Virus record (IMG/VR): IMGVR_UViG_3300033076_000640
Span: 1-42,561 of that record
DNA length: 42,561 nt
Direction: 5' to 3' (one strand)
Origin: a virus
Taxonomy: Duplodnaviria; Caudoviricetes
The notes beneath the pieces are model-generated. The model had not been told where the DNA came from. It ran no database searches and worked only from the letters and a program-made list of their open reading frames with translations. Position 1 is the first letter of the stretch. Every line of letters begins with the position of its first letter. The position numbers were made by a program, and so were the translations under genes. Of this stretch, positions 16,338-24,670 are shown one piece after another.

Positions 16338-17681
16338 ATGTTCCAGCTGCAGCCGGCGCTTCAATTTAACGAGGGGCGCGCAAAGCCGTGGTCCGGCGCT
16401 GTCGTCACCAACGGATTTGCCGAACTCGCCGATGGCGACAAGCAGAACCAGTTCGCGATCCTCGGCTGCCCGGGGTGGCAAGCCTTTTCGCCGATCGGGG
16501 GCGCGGCGCCGCGTGGTCTCTACCGCATGGGCTCGCTCGTCTACGCGCTGCTGGGGACCGCGCTCTATGCGGTGAACGCCAGCGGCACGGCAACGCTCGT
16601 CGGTACGGTCGCTGGCTCGGACGTCGTGCAGATGGCCGACAATGGCACGGAACTGTGCATCGCGGCGTCGGGCGTCGGCTACGTCCTGTCCGGCGGTTCA
16701 CTGCAGACGCCGGTCCCGTTCGGCGTGTCGGGCGTTGCTTATGTCGACGGCTACATCATCTGGTCGATTGTCGACACCGACCAGTTCATCATCTCGGGGC
16801 TCAATGACGCACTGACCTATGACCCCGCCGACATCGCTTCCGTTGAGGGCGCGCCTGACAACCTGACGGGCGTGCTGGTGTCGCAGCGCGAGATCCTGTT
16901 TCCCGGCACCGAGACGATCGAGGTGTGGTGGAACTCAGGCGCGGCAGACTTCCCGTTCGCGCGCCAGGGCAATGCATTCATTGAACGCGGCTGCATCTAC
17001 CCGCGCACGTTTATCCGGTGCGACAACTCGGTGTTCTGGCTGGCTGACGATGGTATGGTCTATCGGCTTAACGGCTATGCGCCTGAGCGGGTGTCGACGC
17101 ATGCGGTTGAGTACAAGCTGAAGGGCCTGACGGATGCGTGGGCCTTCTCCTACACCGACGAAGGCCACAAGTTCTACGTCCTCTGCACCGACGTCGGGGT
17201 CTATGCGTTCGACCTGTCGACGCGGCTGTGGCACCGACGGGAGTCCTACGGGTCTGAGATCTCCAAGACCAAGTTTGCCGTGAATGCCTTTGGGCGCGTC
17301 GTGGCAGCGGCCGACGACGGCAATCTCTACTGGCTGTCAATGGACGCCAACAGCGAAGGCGCGTCGCCACTGGTGCTGACGCTCGAGCTTCCGACGTTCC
17401 AGACGCAGCGCAATCTTGCGACGATGTACGCGTTCGAGGTCTATTGCGAGACGGGGATCGGCGCGGAAGACGGCGCCGATCCGCAGATCATCATGCAGTA
17501 TTCTCGGGACTCGGGGCGCACCTGGTCAAGCCAGTTGCAGCGCTCGCTGGGCGTTGTCGGCGACTTCACGCGGCGCGCGCTGTGGCGGACCGGCGTGCAG
17601 TTTCGTCAGCTGAACATCCGGCTGATCGTATCGGACGCGGTGCGCAGGGTGGCGATCTCGTACTGGGCGGATATTCGGTGA
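16338..17681 (+). CDS. Packaged-DNA stabilisation/tail hub protein (P22 gp10-like)
   Basis: About 447 aa; VQMADNG, DGY, EGAPD, TIEVWWNSG...FPF, YTDEGHKFY, WHRR, SRDSGRTW. Confidence 0.85.
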   Translation: MFQLQPALQFNEGRAKPWSGAVVTNGFAELADGDKQNQFAILGCPGWQAFSPIGGAAPRGLYRMGSLVYALLGTALYAVNASGTATLVGTVAGSDVVQMADNGTELCIAASGVGYVLSGGSLQTPVPFGVSGVAYVDGYIIWSIVDTDQFIISGLNDALTYDPADIASVEGAPDNLTGVLVSQREILFPGTETIEVWWNSGAADFPFARQGNAFIERGCIYPRTFIRCDNSVFWLADDGMVYRLNGYAPERVSTHAVEYKLKGLTDAWAFSYTDEGHKFYVLCTDVGVYAFDLSTRLWHRRESYGSEISKTKFAVNAFGRVVAAADDGNLYWLSMDANSEGASPLVLTLELPTFQTQRNLATMYAFEVYCETGIGAEDGADPQIIMQYSRDSGRTWSSQLQRSLGVVGDFTRRALWRTGVQFRQLNIRLIVSDAVRRVAISYWADIR

Positions 17682-18481
17682 CGACGCTGGCGTTACCGCA
17701 GGCGGGCGTCCAGATCATCGACGCAACCGGCCGGCTGACCCGCGAGGGGTATCGGCTGTTCTCGGAACTGCAGACCTATACCGGCTCAACCGACGTGACC
17801 CTGGAGGGCGCGTTCCTTCTGGCTGCACCGAGCAGCACGCTCGGCGGTGCGCGCACGATCGTGGCGGGCACGGCGCTGACGGCGGTCGACGCCGGGGCAG
17901 GGTCGACGCTGACGATCAACCTCGACAACACAGCCGTGACGGCAGGGAACTACGGCACGGCTGCGAAGACGCTCACGCTCACCGTCGATCAGCAAGGCCG
18001 CGTGACGGCAATTGCGGCACCCGACATCTCCATCGCCGCGACGCAGATCAACAACAGCACGGCCGCCGGGCGCACGCTGCTGACCGCTGCCGACGCTGCG
18101 GCTCAACGGACGGCGCTGGGCGTCACGACGTCGTCCAGCGGCACCTACACGCCAACGCTGACCAATGTGGCAAACGTCGCGGCCTCGACCGCCTACGCCT
18201 GCCAGTGGATGCGCGTCGGGGCGGTGGTGACCGTGTCGGGTCGCGTCGACGTCGACCCAACGGCTGCCGCCGTGGCGACGACGCTGGCGCTGTCGCTGCC
18301 GGTCGCGTCAAACTTCTCGGCTGCCGAGCAGTGCGGCGGCACCGCGGCGGGATTCGGCGTGGCGGGCGAGGTCGCGGCGATCCGCGCCGATACCGTCAAC
18401 GATCGTGCCGAACTGCAATGGGTGACAGCCGATGCTGCAAATCATGCGATGTACTTCAATTTCAGCTATCAAGTGATCTGA
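17678..18481 (+). CDS. Tail needle/short fibre (gp26 position) with C-terminal knob
   Basis: GTGA-coupled to the gp10-like gene; IIDATGRLTREGYRLF N-terminus; fibre motifs VTAGNYG, TVDQQGRVT, GTYTPT, FSYQV. Confidence 0.65.
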   Translation: MTTLALPQAGVQIIDATGRLTREGYRLFSELQTYTGSTDVTLEGAFLLAAPSSTLGGARTIVAGTALTAVDAGAGSTLTINLDNTAVTAGNYGTAAKTLTLTVDQQGRVTAIAAPDISIAATQINNSTAAGRTLLTAADAAAQRTALGVTTSSSGTYTPTLTNVANVAASTAYACQWMRVGAVVTVSGRVDVDPTAAAVATTLALSLPVASNFSAAEQCGGTAAGFGVAGEVAAIRADTVNDRAELQWVTADAANHAMYFNFSYQVI

Positions 18482-19194
18482 TGCAGGCGCAATTGTCCCG
18501 CGACGCTGCGGCGTTCAATGCCATCGCCAACGACCCCAGCGTGCTGCCGTGGGTCGCGCAGAAGGGCGTGGCCGGGCTCGATCTCGCCCCCGTGCTCGAC
18601 GACCCGCGCAACGTCGGTTTCCTCTACGACGGCTGCTGCTTTGTGGCGCACTGGCTGGAGCCGGGGCTGTACGAGGTTCACTCGATGGCACTCCCGCAAG
18701 CGCGCGGCCGGCTGGTCGCGGACGCTGCGCGTGCATCGATCGCGCACATGTTCATGGCGACCGATGCATATGAGCTCTGCACGCGTGTGGTCGCTGGCAA
18801 TGTCCCCGCCGACGCGCTGACGCGACGCATGGGCTTCGCGCTGCGGTTTGAGCGCGAAGGCGTCTGGGACGGCAAGGGCGTGCGGTACTTCGCGCTGCCA
18901 TATGCCGACTGGCTGCGACGCCAGGACTGGCTGCGGTTGAGCGGCGACTGGTTCCATTCCGCGCTCGGAGATGATAAGACACATGCCGATGACAGCGCTC
19001 ACGATCTCTACGTGGGCGCCTGCGTGGAGATGGTCCGCGCCGGTCAGCCAGATAAAGCCATCGCCTACTATAACCGTTGGGCGCGCTTTGCTGGCTACGA
19101 GCCAATCGAGATTGTCAGCCGCTCGCCTCTGGTAATCGACATCCGGTCGCATTTTGTCCGGGTGCTGGATGATGGGAAGGTCGAGGTGGTCTGA
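18481..19194 (+). CDS. GNAT-fold virion assembly protein (P22 gp14-like)
   Basis: YEVHSMALPQARGR and GNVPADALTRRMGF are GNAT-like motifs; lies before the ejection genes. Confidence 0.65.
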   Translation: MQAQLSRDAAAFNAIANDPSVLPWVAQKGVAGLDLAPVLDDPRNVGFLYDGCCFVAHWLEPGLYEVHSMALPQARGRLVADAARASIAHMFMATDAYELCTRVVAGNVPADALTRRMGFALRFEREGVWDGKGVRYFALPYADWLRRQDWLRLSGDWFHSALGDDKTHADDSAHDLYVGACVEMVRAGQPDKAIAYYNRWARFAGYEPIEIVSRSPLVIDIRSHFVRVLDDGKVEVV

Positions 19195-20039
19195 TGCCGA
19201 TTGGCGCAGCAATTGGAGCATCGGCGGCGATCGGCGGCGCAACGACGCTTGCCGCCGGGTCGAAGGCAGCGAGGGCGCAGAAGCAGGCGGCGCAGCAGTC
19301 GTCGGACGCGCAGCTGCAGGCAGCGCAGGTCGCAGCCGATACCAACCGCTACATGTACGACACGACCCGCGGCGACTATGCGCCCGGGCGGATCGTCGGC
19401 GAAGCGGCGCTCTACAAGCTGGCGGACATGCTCGGCGTCGGGCGTCCGACCGACATGATGTCGACGCGCTCGGTGGGCTCGCTGCCGGGTGGCATGGGGC
19501 GTGCTGCGAATGATGGCGGCATGGGGCTCGTCGGCATGTACGGCGGACCCCTGTTCACCGCGGACGGCCAACCGTCGGCGCCTGCGCAACCGATCTCGCT
19601 GACGCAAGGCTATCAGGGATTCGAGGCGTCGCCTGGCTATGCGTTCCGTCGAGACGAAGGTCAGAAGGCGATCGAGCGCTCGGCGGCAGCGCGCGGCTTG
19701 CTGCGGTCTGGCGCGACGCAGAAGGCGATCGGGCGCTACGTCGATGGGCTCGCCTCCGACGAGTACGACCGGTATGCGCAGCGGCTGATGGGGCTGGCGG
19801 GTGTTGGGCAGTCGGCGACGGGCGGCACGGCGTCGGCGGGTGCGAATGCAGCATCTGGCGCGGCCAACGCGGCGATACAGGCCGGGCAGGGCGTCGCGCA
19901 GGGCGCGCAGGCAATGGGCAACGCGCGGGCGTCGAGCTACGCGAACACGGCCTCGGCGATCAACAACACGGTTACGGGGCTGACGAGCGCGTATCTGTAC
20001 ACACGCGCCCCGACTGGCGTGCCCGGCTTCGGAGGCTAG
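19194..20039 (+). CDS. DNA ejection protein (P22 gp7-like)
   Basis: Ala/Gly-rich N-terminus; SPGYAFR..EGQKAIERSAAARGLLRSGAT motif. Confidence 0.8.
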   Translation: MPIGAAIGASAAIGGATTLAAGSKAARAQKQAAQQSSDAQLQAAQVAADTNRYMYDTTRGDYAPGRIVGEAALYKLADMLGVGRPTDMMSTRSVGSLPGGMGRAANDGGMGLVGMYGGPLFTADGQPSAPAQPISLTQGYQGFEASPGYAFRRDEGQKAIERSAAARGLLRSGATQKAIGRYVDGLASDEYDRYAQRLMGLAGVGQSATGGTASAGANAASGAANAAIQAGQGVAQGAQAMGNARASSYANTASAINNTVTGLTSAYLYTRAPTGVPGFGG

Positions 20040-20040
20040 G

Positions 20041-21204
20041 ATGGCGAGCAACCCCTATGGCATCACGCCTGTCGACGTCGGCGGCCTGCTCGGCATCGTC
20101 GAGCAGAAGCGGCGCTCGGGCATCGAAGACATGCTGCGGTCGCGCCAGCTTGCGCAGGAAGACGAGAAGCTTGAAGCGGCGCGCGCCGCCCGCGAGAAGC
20201 AGGGCCGCGTCGATGCGCTGTTTACGGGCGAGAAGCTGCCGGAGCCGGCGGAGGTGTTTCGCGCGGGCGGTGCAGAGGCTGGCTTTGAGTACGCCAAGTC
20301 CTACGCGGAGATGAAGAAGGGCGAGCGCGAGGCGGCCAAGGCGCGCGTCGATGGTCTGGCGCGCGTCGGCATGTCGCTGCGCAATCTGCCCTATCCGCAG
20401 CGGCGCGCGGCGCTTGAGCAGCAGGCCGACCAGATCGCGAGCGTGACGGGCCTGTCGCGCGAACAGGTGCTTGGGTTCGACCCGAGCGATGCGGGCATCG
20501 ACGGCATCATCACGCAGTCGATGGACGTGAAGGACCAGTTTGAGCGGATCGACAAGGATCGGAACTACGACCTCAGCGTCAAGAGGGCCAAGGACGAGTC
20601 CGCGCGGGGCTGGGCGAACGTCCGGACGGCGCAGTACAACGCCATGAAGCCGCCAAGCGACGGCGGTAGCGAGAAGCCGCCGGCAGGTTATCGCTTCCTG
20701 CCGAACGGCGACCTGCAGGCAATCCCGGGCGGTCCTGCCGCGGCGAAGGAAGACGAGAAGCGCGTCGCGCGCGAGGGCGCCACGGCGTCGTTCGACACGG
20801 CGATCCGGACGGTCGACGGCATGCTCAAGCATCCTGGCCGCGAAAAGGCTGTCGGCATCGGCTCGATGTTTCCGACACTGCCTGCAACCGACGCTGCAAA
20901 CTTCGAAGCGGATCTTGAGGCGTTCAAGGCGCAGACGTTCTTGCCGATGGTGCAGGCACTCCGCGGCATGGGCGCGCTGTCAAATGCGGAAGGCGACAAG
21001 CTGGTCAATGCCGTCGGCGCGCTGAGCCTGAAACAGGACGACGTTCAGTTTTCCAAGAGCATGAAGGCGATCCGCGACGACCTGACAAGGGCGCGAAGCC
21101 GCGCAACGCCTTGGGTCGGCTTGACGCCTGAGCAGGTCAAGGCTCTGCCGCCCGGCACGTTCTTCATCAACCCCAAGACGGGTCAGAAGATGGTGCGCAA
21201 GTGA
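20041..21204 (+). CDS. DNA ejection protein (gp20 position)
   Basis: Synteny; PAGYRF..GDLQAIPGGPA and GMGALSNAEG motifs. Confidence 0.7.
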   Translation: MASNPYGITPVDVGGLLGIVEQKRRSGIEDMLRSRQLAQEDEKLEAARAAREKQGRVDALFTGEKLPEPAEVFRAGGAEAGFEYAKSYAEMKKGEREAAKARVDGLARVGMSLRNLPYPQRRAALEQQADQIASVTGLSREQVLGFDPSDAGIDGIITQSMDVKDQFERIDKDRNYDLSVKRAKDESARGWANVRTAQYNAMKPPSDGGSEKPPAGYRFLPNGDLQAIPGGPAAAKEDEKRVAREGATASFDTAIRTVDGMLKHPGREKAVGIGSMFPTLPATDAANFEADLEAFKAQTFLPMVQALRGMGALSNAEGDKLVNAVGALSLKQDDVQFSKSMKAIRDDLTRARSRATPWVGLTPEQVKALPPGTFFINPKTGQKMVRK

Positions 21205-24200
21205 GCGCCGACGATCCCTACGCTGCACTGGGCGAGGTCGCGGACGATCCTCGCAAGCGTCCAGCCGCCGCGCCTGAAGACGATCCGGACCCCTATGCCG
21301 CATTTGCGACGACGGTCGGGCGCGAGGGCGAGGGGCAGTATGGCGATGTCGTCGAGACCGTCGACGTTCCGGCAAGCGACTACGCGACCGAGCCCGGCAT
21401 CGTCACGTTCGGGCGGAACTTTGGCGCGCAGGGGCTTGGGTTCCTGAAGGGGCGGCTGAGCATTCCAGATTTGCTCGTGCAAAGCGCTGGCACTGTTGGC
21501 GCGGCGATCATTGATCCCGACGGGCTCGGGCCGCTGGCGGAGCCGTTCAAGCGGACGGCGGTTGGTGGTTTCCTCGACAATGCTGCCGACCAGTTCCGCA
21601 ACCCGATCACACTCGGCCGCACGATCGACTATTTCACGCCGGACGCGCTGCGGCCTCGCGACGATATGGAGCGCGCATACGCGACCGTCGCTGAAGGCTT
21701 GGGCGGCGTTGCGGGCGGTTTCGACTTGGCTCGGCTGGCGGACAAGTTCGGCACCAAGGCGTCCAAGACGCTCGCGGATCTGCTTCGCGATGCGCCTGGC
21801 GCGCAGACCGTCGGCGCGACGGCCGGCGCGGTTGCTGGTGAGGTCGCCCGGGCGGCGGGCGCGCCAATCCCTGTGCAGGTCGCCGCGAACATCGTGGCGG
21901 GCACCGCTGCGCCGACTGCGGCTGGCGTCGCAACCGAAGCGGTCGTCAATCCGGCCGTCGGTCGCCTCACTGGCCGTTCGACCCGCGAGGCGGCGGCGAT
22001 GGCGTTGCAGCAGGCAGCCTCGGACAAGACGACGGCACTCCGTCGAATTGATGCGCGCGTTCCGCCGATTTCCGGCGCTCAGCCGACGCTGGCGGAGGTC
22101 ACGGTTGACCCCGGCATCGCTGGCCTGCAGCGCGTCCACACGAACAGCAGCGCGGAAAGCGCGGCGCAGATTGACGATCGCATCAAGCAGAACCAGCTGG
22201 CGCGGCAGCGAGTGGCGACGGGCGTCATGGGCAGCGGCGCGCCGGTTGCCCTGACAAATGCCGCCACTGACCGTTTCGGCTCGACGTCGGCCGCAATCGA
22301 TGCGGCACTCGGGCGTGTGGGTGAGCAGGTCGCGCCGGAAGACGTCGGCCGCATGACGCGCGAGCAGTTGGCGGCCGCCGCACAGGATGCGCGCGCTCGA
22401 GCGTCGGCGCTGTATCAGAACCTGCCGGGCGGCGACGAAGTGCTCGTGCTGCGCCCGCCGGAAGCCGCCGACGTCGTGCCGGCAGCGGCGCCTGACACGG
22501 GGCGGGCTGCGTTTCAGGCCGGGCGCGAAGATGTCATGCGCGAGCGTGCGCCGCAGATGGGCGACAGCCTGATCGCGTTCATTCGCCGCGGCGGAGGCAT
22601 CAAGCCGGGTTTGCCGCGCGAGGGTGGCGCGAACATGAAGGGCGAGATGCTTGATACCGGGACGCGGTCGGAACTTCGCCAGTCGGGCATTACGGCGCGC
22701 ACGCATCCGACGCTCGTCAACAAGAACGGCCGCGATCTTGACGATGTGATTCAGGCGGCGACCGAGGCTGGCTATCTGCCGGAAGGCTCGTCGACGGCGG
22801 ATTTGTTCAATGCGATTGACCGCGAGGCGCGGGGCGAGCCGGTGTTTCCGGCCTCGCGTGTCGGCGACCAGATTGAGGCGCGCGCTGTGACGCAGCGGCA
22901 GGTCGACATGGGCGAGGAGATGAGCCAGTTCGGCTTTGACCCTGCCAACGCGACCGATGCCGATTGGGACGCCTATTACCGGGCTGCGACGGGCCGCGGG
23001 GACGCAGCGGTTGGCGTCAACGACGATCTGGCGCAGGCTCCGCAGGGCCGGCTGGCGGGGTCGTTCCAGTCGACCATGATGGATCTGCGCCGCCGGTTCT
23101 TCGGCGACGAGGCGCCGCCGGAACTGAAGCAGCTGTATGGCGAAATTCTCGGGGCTGAACGCGCTGACGTCCGCACGGTTGAGAATTGGTCGCAGCGGCT
23201 GCGGTCGATGTCGGGCCGGTTCGACGGTTCGGCGCGCGCTTATGCGGCTGGGCTTGCTGATGCGGTCGACGGCTTCTTGCGCGCGTCAGCGCCTCCCGAA
23301 CGCCGCGAGGCTCTGCGCGAGGCGCAAGCGGCATGGCGAGACCAGGCCACGCGGTTCGGGACTGGCGACATCGGGCGCACGCTGCGCACCGACAATTTCG
23401 GCAACTACACCATGCGCGACGCTGACGTCGGTGCGGCGGTTGTGCCGCGCGGTCGCGCTGGGGGCGAGGTTGCTGGGCGGCTGATTGACACGGCGGGCGC
23501 CGACGCGGCGGAGGCTGCGGCGCGCTCGGAACTGCGGCGCGCGCTTGACGCTGCGGGTCGCAGTCCTGCGGCGGTGGCGCGGGTTCGGCAGCAGTATGGC
23601 GACGCGCTGCGGCAGTTCCCGGCGCTCGACGACGCCATGCGCGAGGCGACTGAGTCCGCGGCACTGGCGGAGGCGTTCAGCAAGTCGCCGCTGGCGCGCT
23701 TTGCCGATCCGAACGTCGACCCGGTGAGTGAGGTCGTGCGGCTGCTCGACGCCAACGACGGCGGCCGCAAGGTGCGGTCGCTGGCGGCGCAGGTTCGCGG
23801 AAACGAAGAGGCGACGGCTGGGCTGCGGCGGGCGTTTGCGATGTACATCCAAGAAAAGGGGCTGGGTGGCGCCGTCACGTCGACTGGCGCGGAAGTGCCG
23901 TCGACCCCCAAGATGCTCCGCGCTGTCACGCGCGTACTGCTGCGTGGGAATGAAGCCGGCGCGCTGACCAGTGAGCAGCGGGTGACGCTGTCGCGCATTC
24001 GCCGCGAGCTCTTGCGGCAGAAGTTTGCCGAGACAGCGGCGCGAGCTTCCGGGTCCGACACGGCCATGAACGCGAACTACGCGACAAAGCTGCTACGCAT
24101 GGGCGCGGCGTTGTCGTCTCGGGTCGGCAAGGCGACGCCTTTCATCAACATGGCGCTGGAGGCGATGGATACCGCCGACGATGTTCGGGCTTTGGTGACA

Positions 24201-24341
24201 ACGGCACTGCTCGACCCGTCTGTTGCGGCTGACCTTCTGCGGACGCCAACGCCGGACCGGATTGCGCGGCTCGGGCAGGCGATCGAGGGCAACGCCAAGG
24301 GCGCGGCGATGTCGGCGACGACAATGACGACGCAGGAGTGA
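21201..24341 (+). CDS. Large DNA ejection protein (gp16 position)
   Basis: 1046-aa Ala-rich helical protein, third gene of the ejection triad; N-terminal DPYA repeats. Confidence 0.7.
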   Translation: MSADDPYAALGEVADDPRKRPAAAPEDDPDPYAAFATTVGREGEGQYGDVVETVDVPASDYATEPGIVTFGRNFGAQGLGFLKGRLSIPDLLVQSAGTVGAAIIDPDGLGPLAEPFKRTAVGGFLDNAADQFRNPITLGRTIDYFTPDALRPRDDMERAYATVAEGLGGVAGGFDLARLADKFGTKASKTLADLLRDAPGAQTVGATAGAVAGEVARAAGAPIPVQVAANIVAGTAAPTAAGVATEAVVNPAVGRLTGRSTREAAAMALQQAASDKTTALRRIDARVPPISGAQPTLAEVTVDPGIAGLQRVHTNSSAESAAQIDDRIKQNQLARQRVATGVMGSGAPVALTNAATDRFGSTSAAIDAALGRVGEQVAPEDVGRMTREQLAAAAQDARARASALYQNLPGGDEVLVLRPPEAADVVPAAAPDTGRAAFQAGREDVMRERAPQMGDSLIAFIRRGGGIKPGLPREGGANMKGEMLDTGTRSELRQSGITARTHPTLVNKNGRDLDDVIQAATEAGYLPEGSSTADLFNAIDREARGEPVFPASRVGDQIEARAVTQRQVDMGEEMSQFGFDPANATDADWDAYYRAATGRGDAAVGVNDDLAQAPQGRLAGSFQSTMMDLRRRFFGDEAPPELKQLYGEILGAERADVRTVENWSQRLRSMSGRFDGSARAYAAGLADAVDGFLRASAPPERREALREAQAAWRDQATRFGTGDIGRTLRTDNFGNYTMRDADVGAAVVPRGRAGGEVAGRLIDTAGADAAEAAARSELRRALDAAGRSPAAVARVRQQYGDALRQFPALDDAMREATESAALAEAFSKSPLARFADPNVDPVSEVVRLLDANDGGRKVRSLAAQVRGNEEATAGLRRAFAMYIQEKGLGGAVTSTGAEVPSTPKMLRAVTRVLLRGNEAGALTSEQRVTLSRIRRELLRQKFAETAARASGSDTAMNANYATKLLRMGAALSSRVGKATPFINMALEAMDTADDVRALVTTALLDPSVAADLLRTPTPDRIARLGQAIEGNAKGAAMSATTMTTQE

Positions 24342-24373
24342 CGGCTGGCGACGAGATGTGCTAGTGCGCGCGA

Positions 24374-24517
24374 ATGGTCGAGTTGATCCTTGTGCTGATC
24401 TTCCTGGCGCTTGCGCTGGTCCTGCATATGCAGTTGCGAGTCTATCGGCTGCTGCGCGGCTCAACGGATGCGCTGGCCAAGCTGATCCGCGGCCCGATAG
24501 ACCCGCCCTCTCCGTAA
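24374..24517 (+). CDS. 47-aa single-pass membrane protein (candidate superinfection exclusion)
   Basis: Translated by hand: MVELILVLIFLALALVLHMQLRVYRLLRGSTDALAKLIRGPIDPPSP; fills the gap after the gp16-like gene. Confidence 0.55.
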   Translation: MVELILVLIFLALALVLHMQLRVYRLLRGSTDALAKLIRGPIDPPSP

Positions 24518-24552
24518 CGGTTCCCCCGCGCGCGCGTCTGTGCTACACAAGC

Positions 24553-24670
24553 CGCTGACCGCGCCCCGCAGCCAACCGGGCGTCACGCGCTGACCCGGCT
24601 CGCGCTGGTCCCCTAGACAAATGCCGCTCGCAACGATGCGCCTCACAGCGCGCCTTTCGGGTCTGTCCGC
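24553..24670 (+). ncRNA. Putative structured cis-regulatory leader, copy B
   Basis: Long 5' hairpin, AGACAAATGCCG (24615-24626), CTCAC-loop hairpin, GTCTG just before the ATG. Confidence 0.5.
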
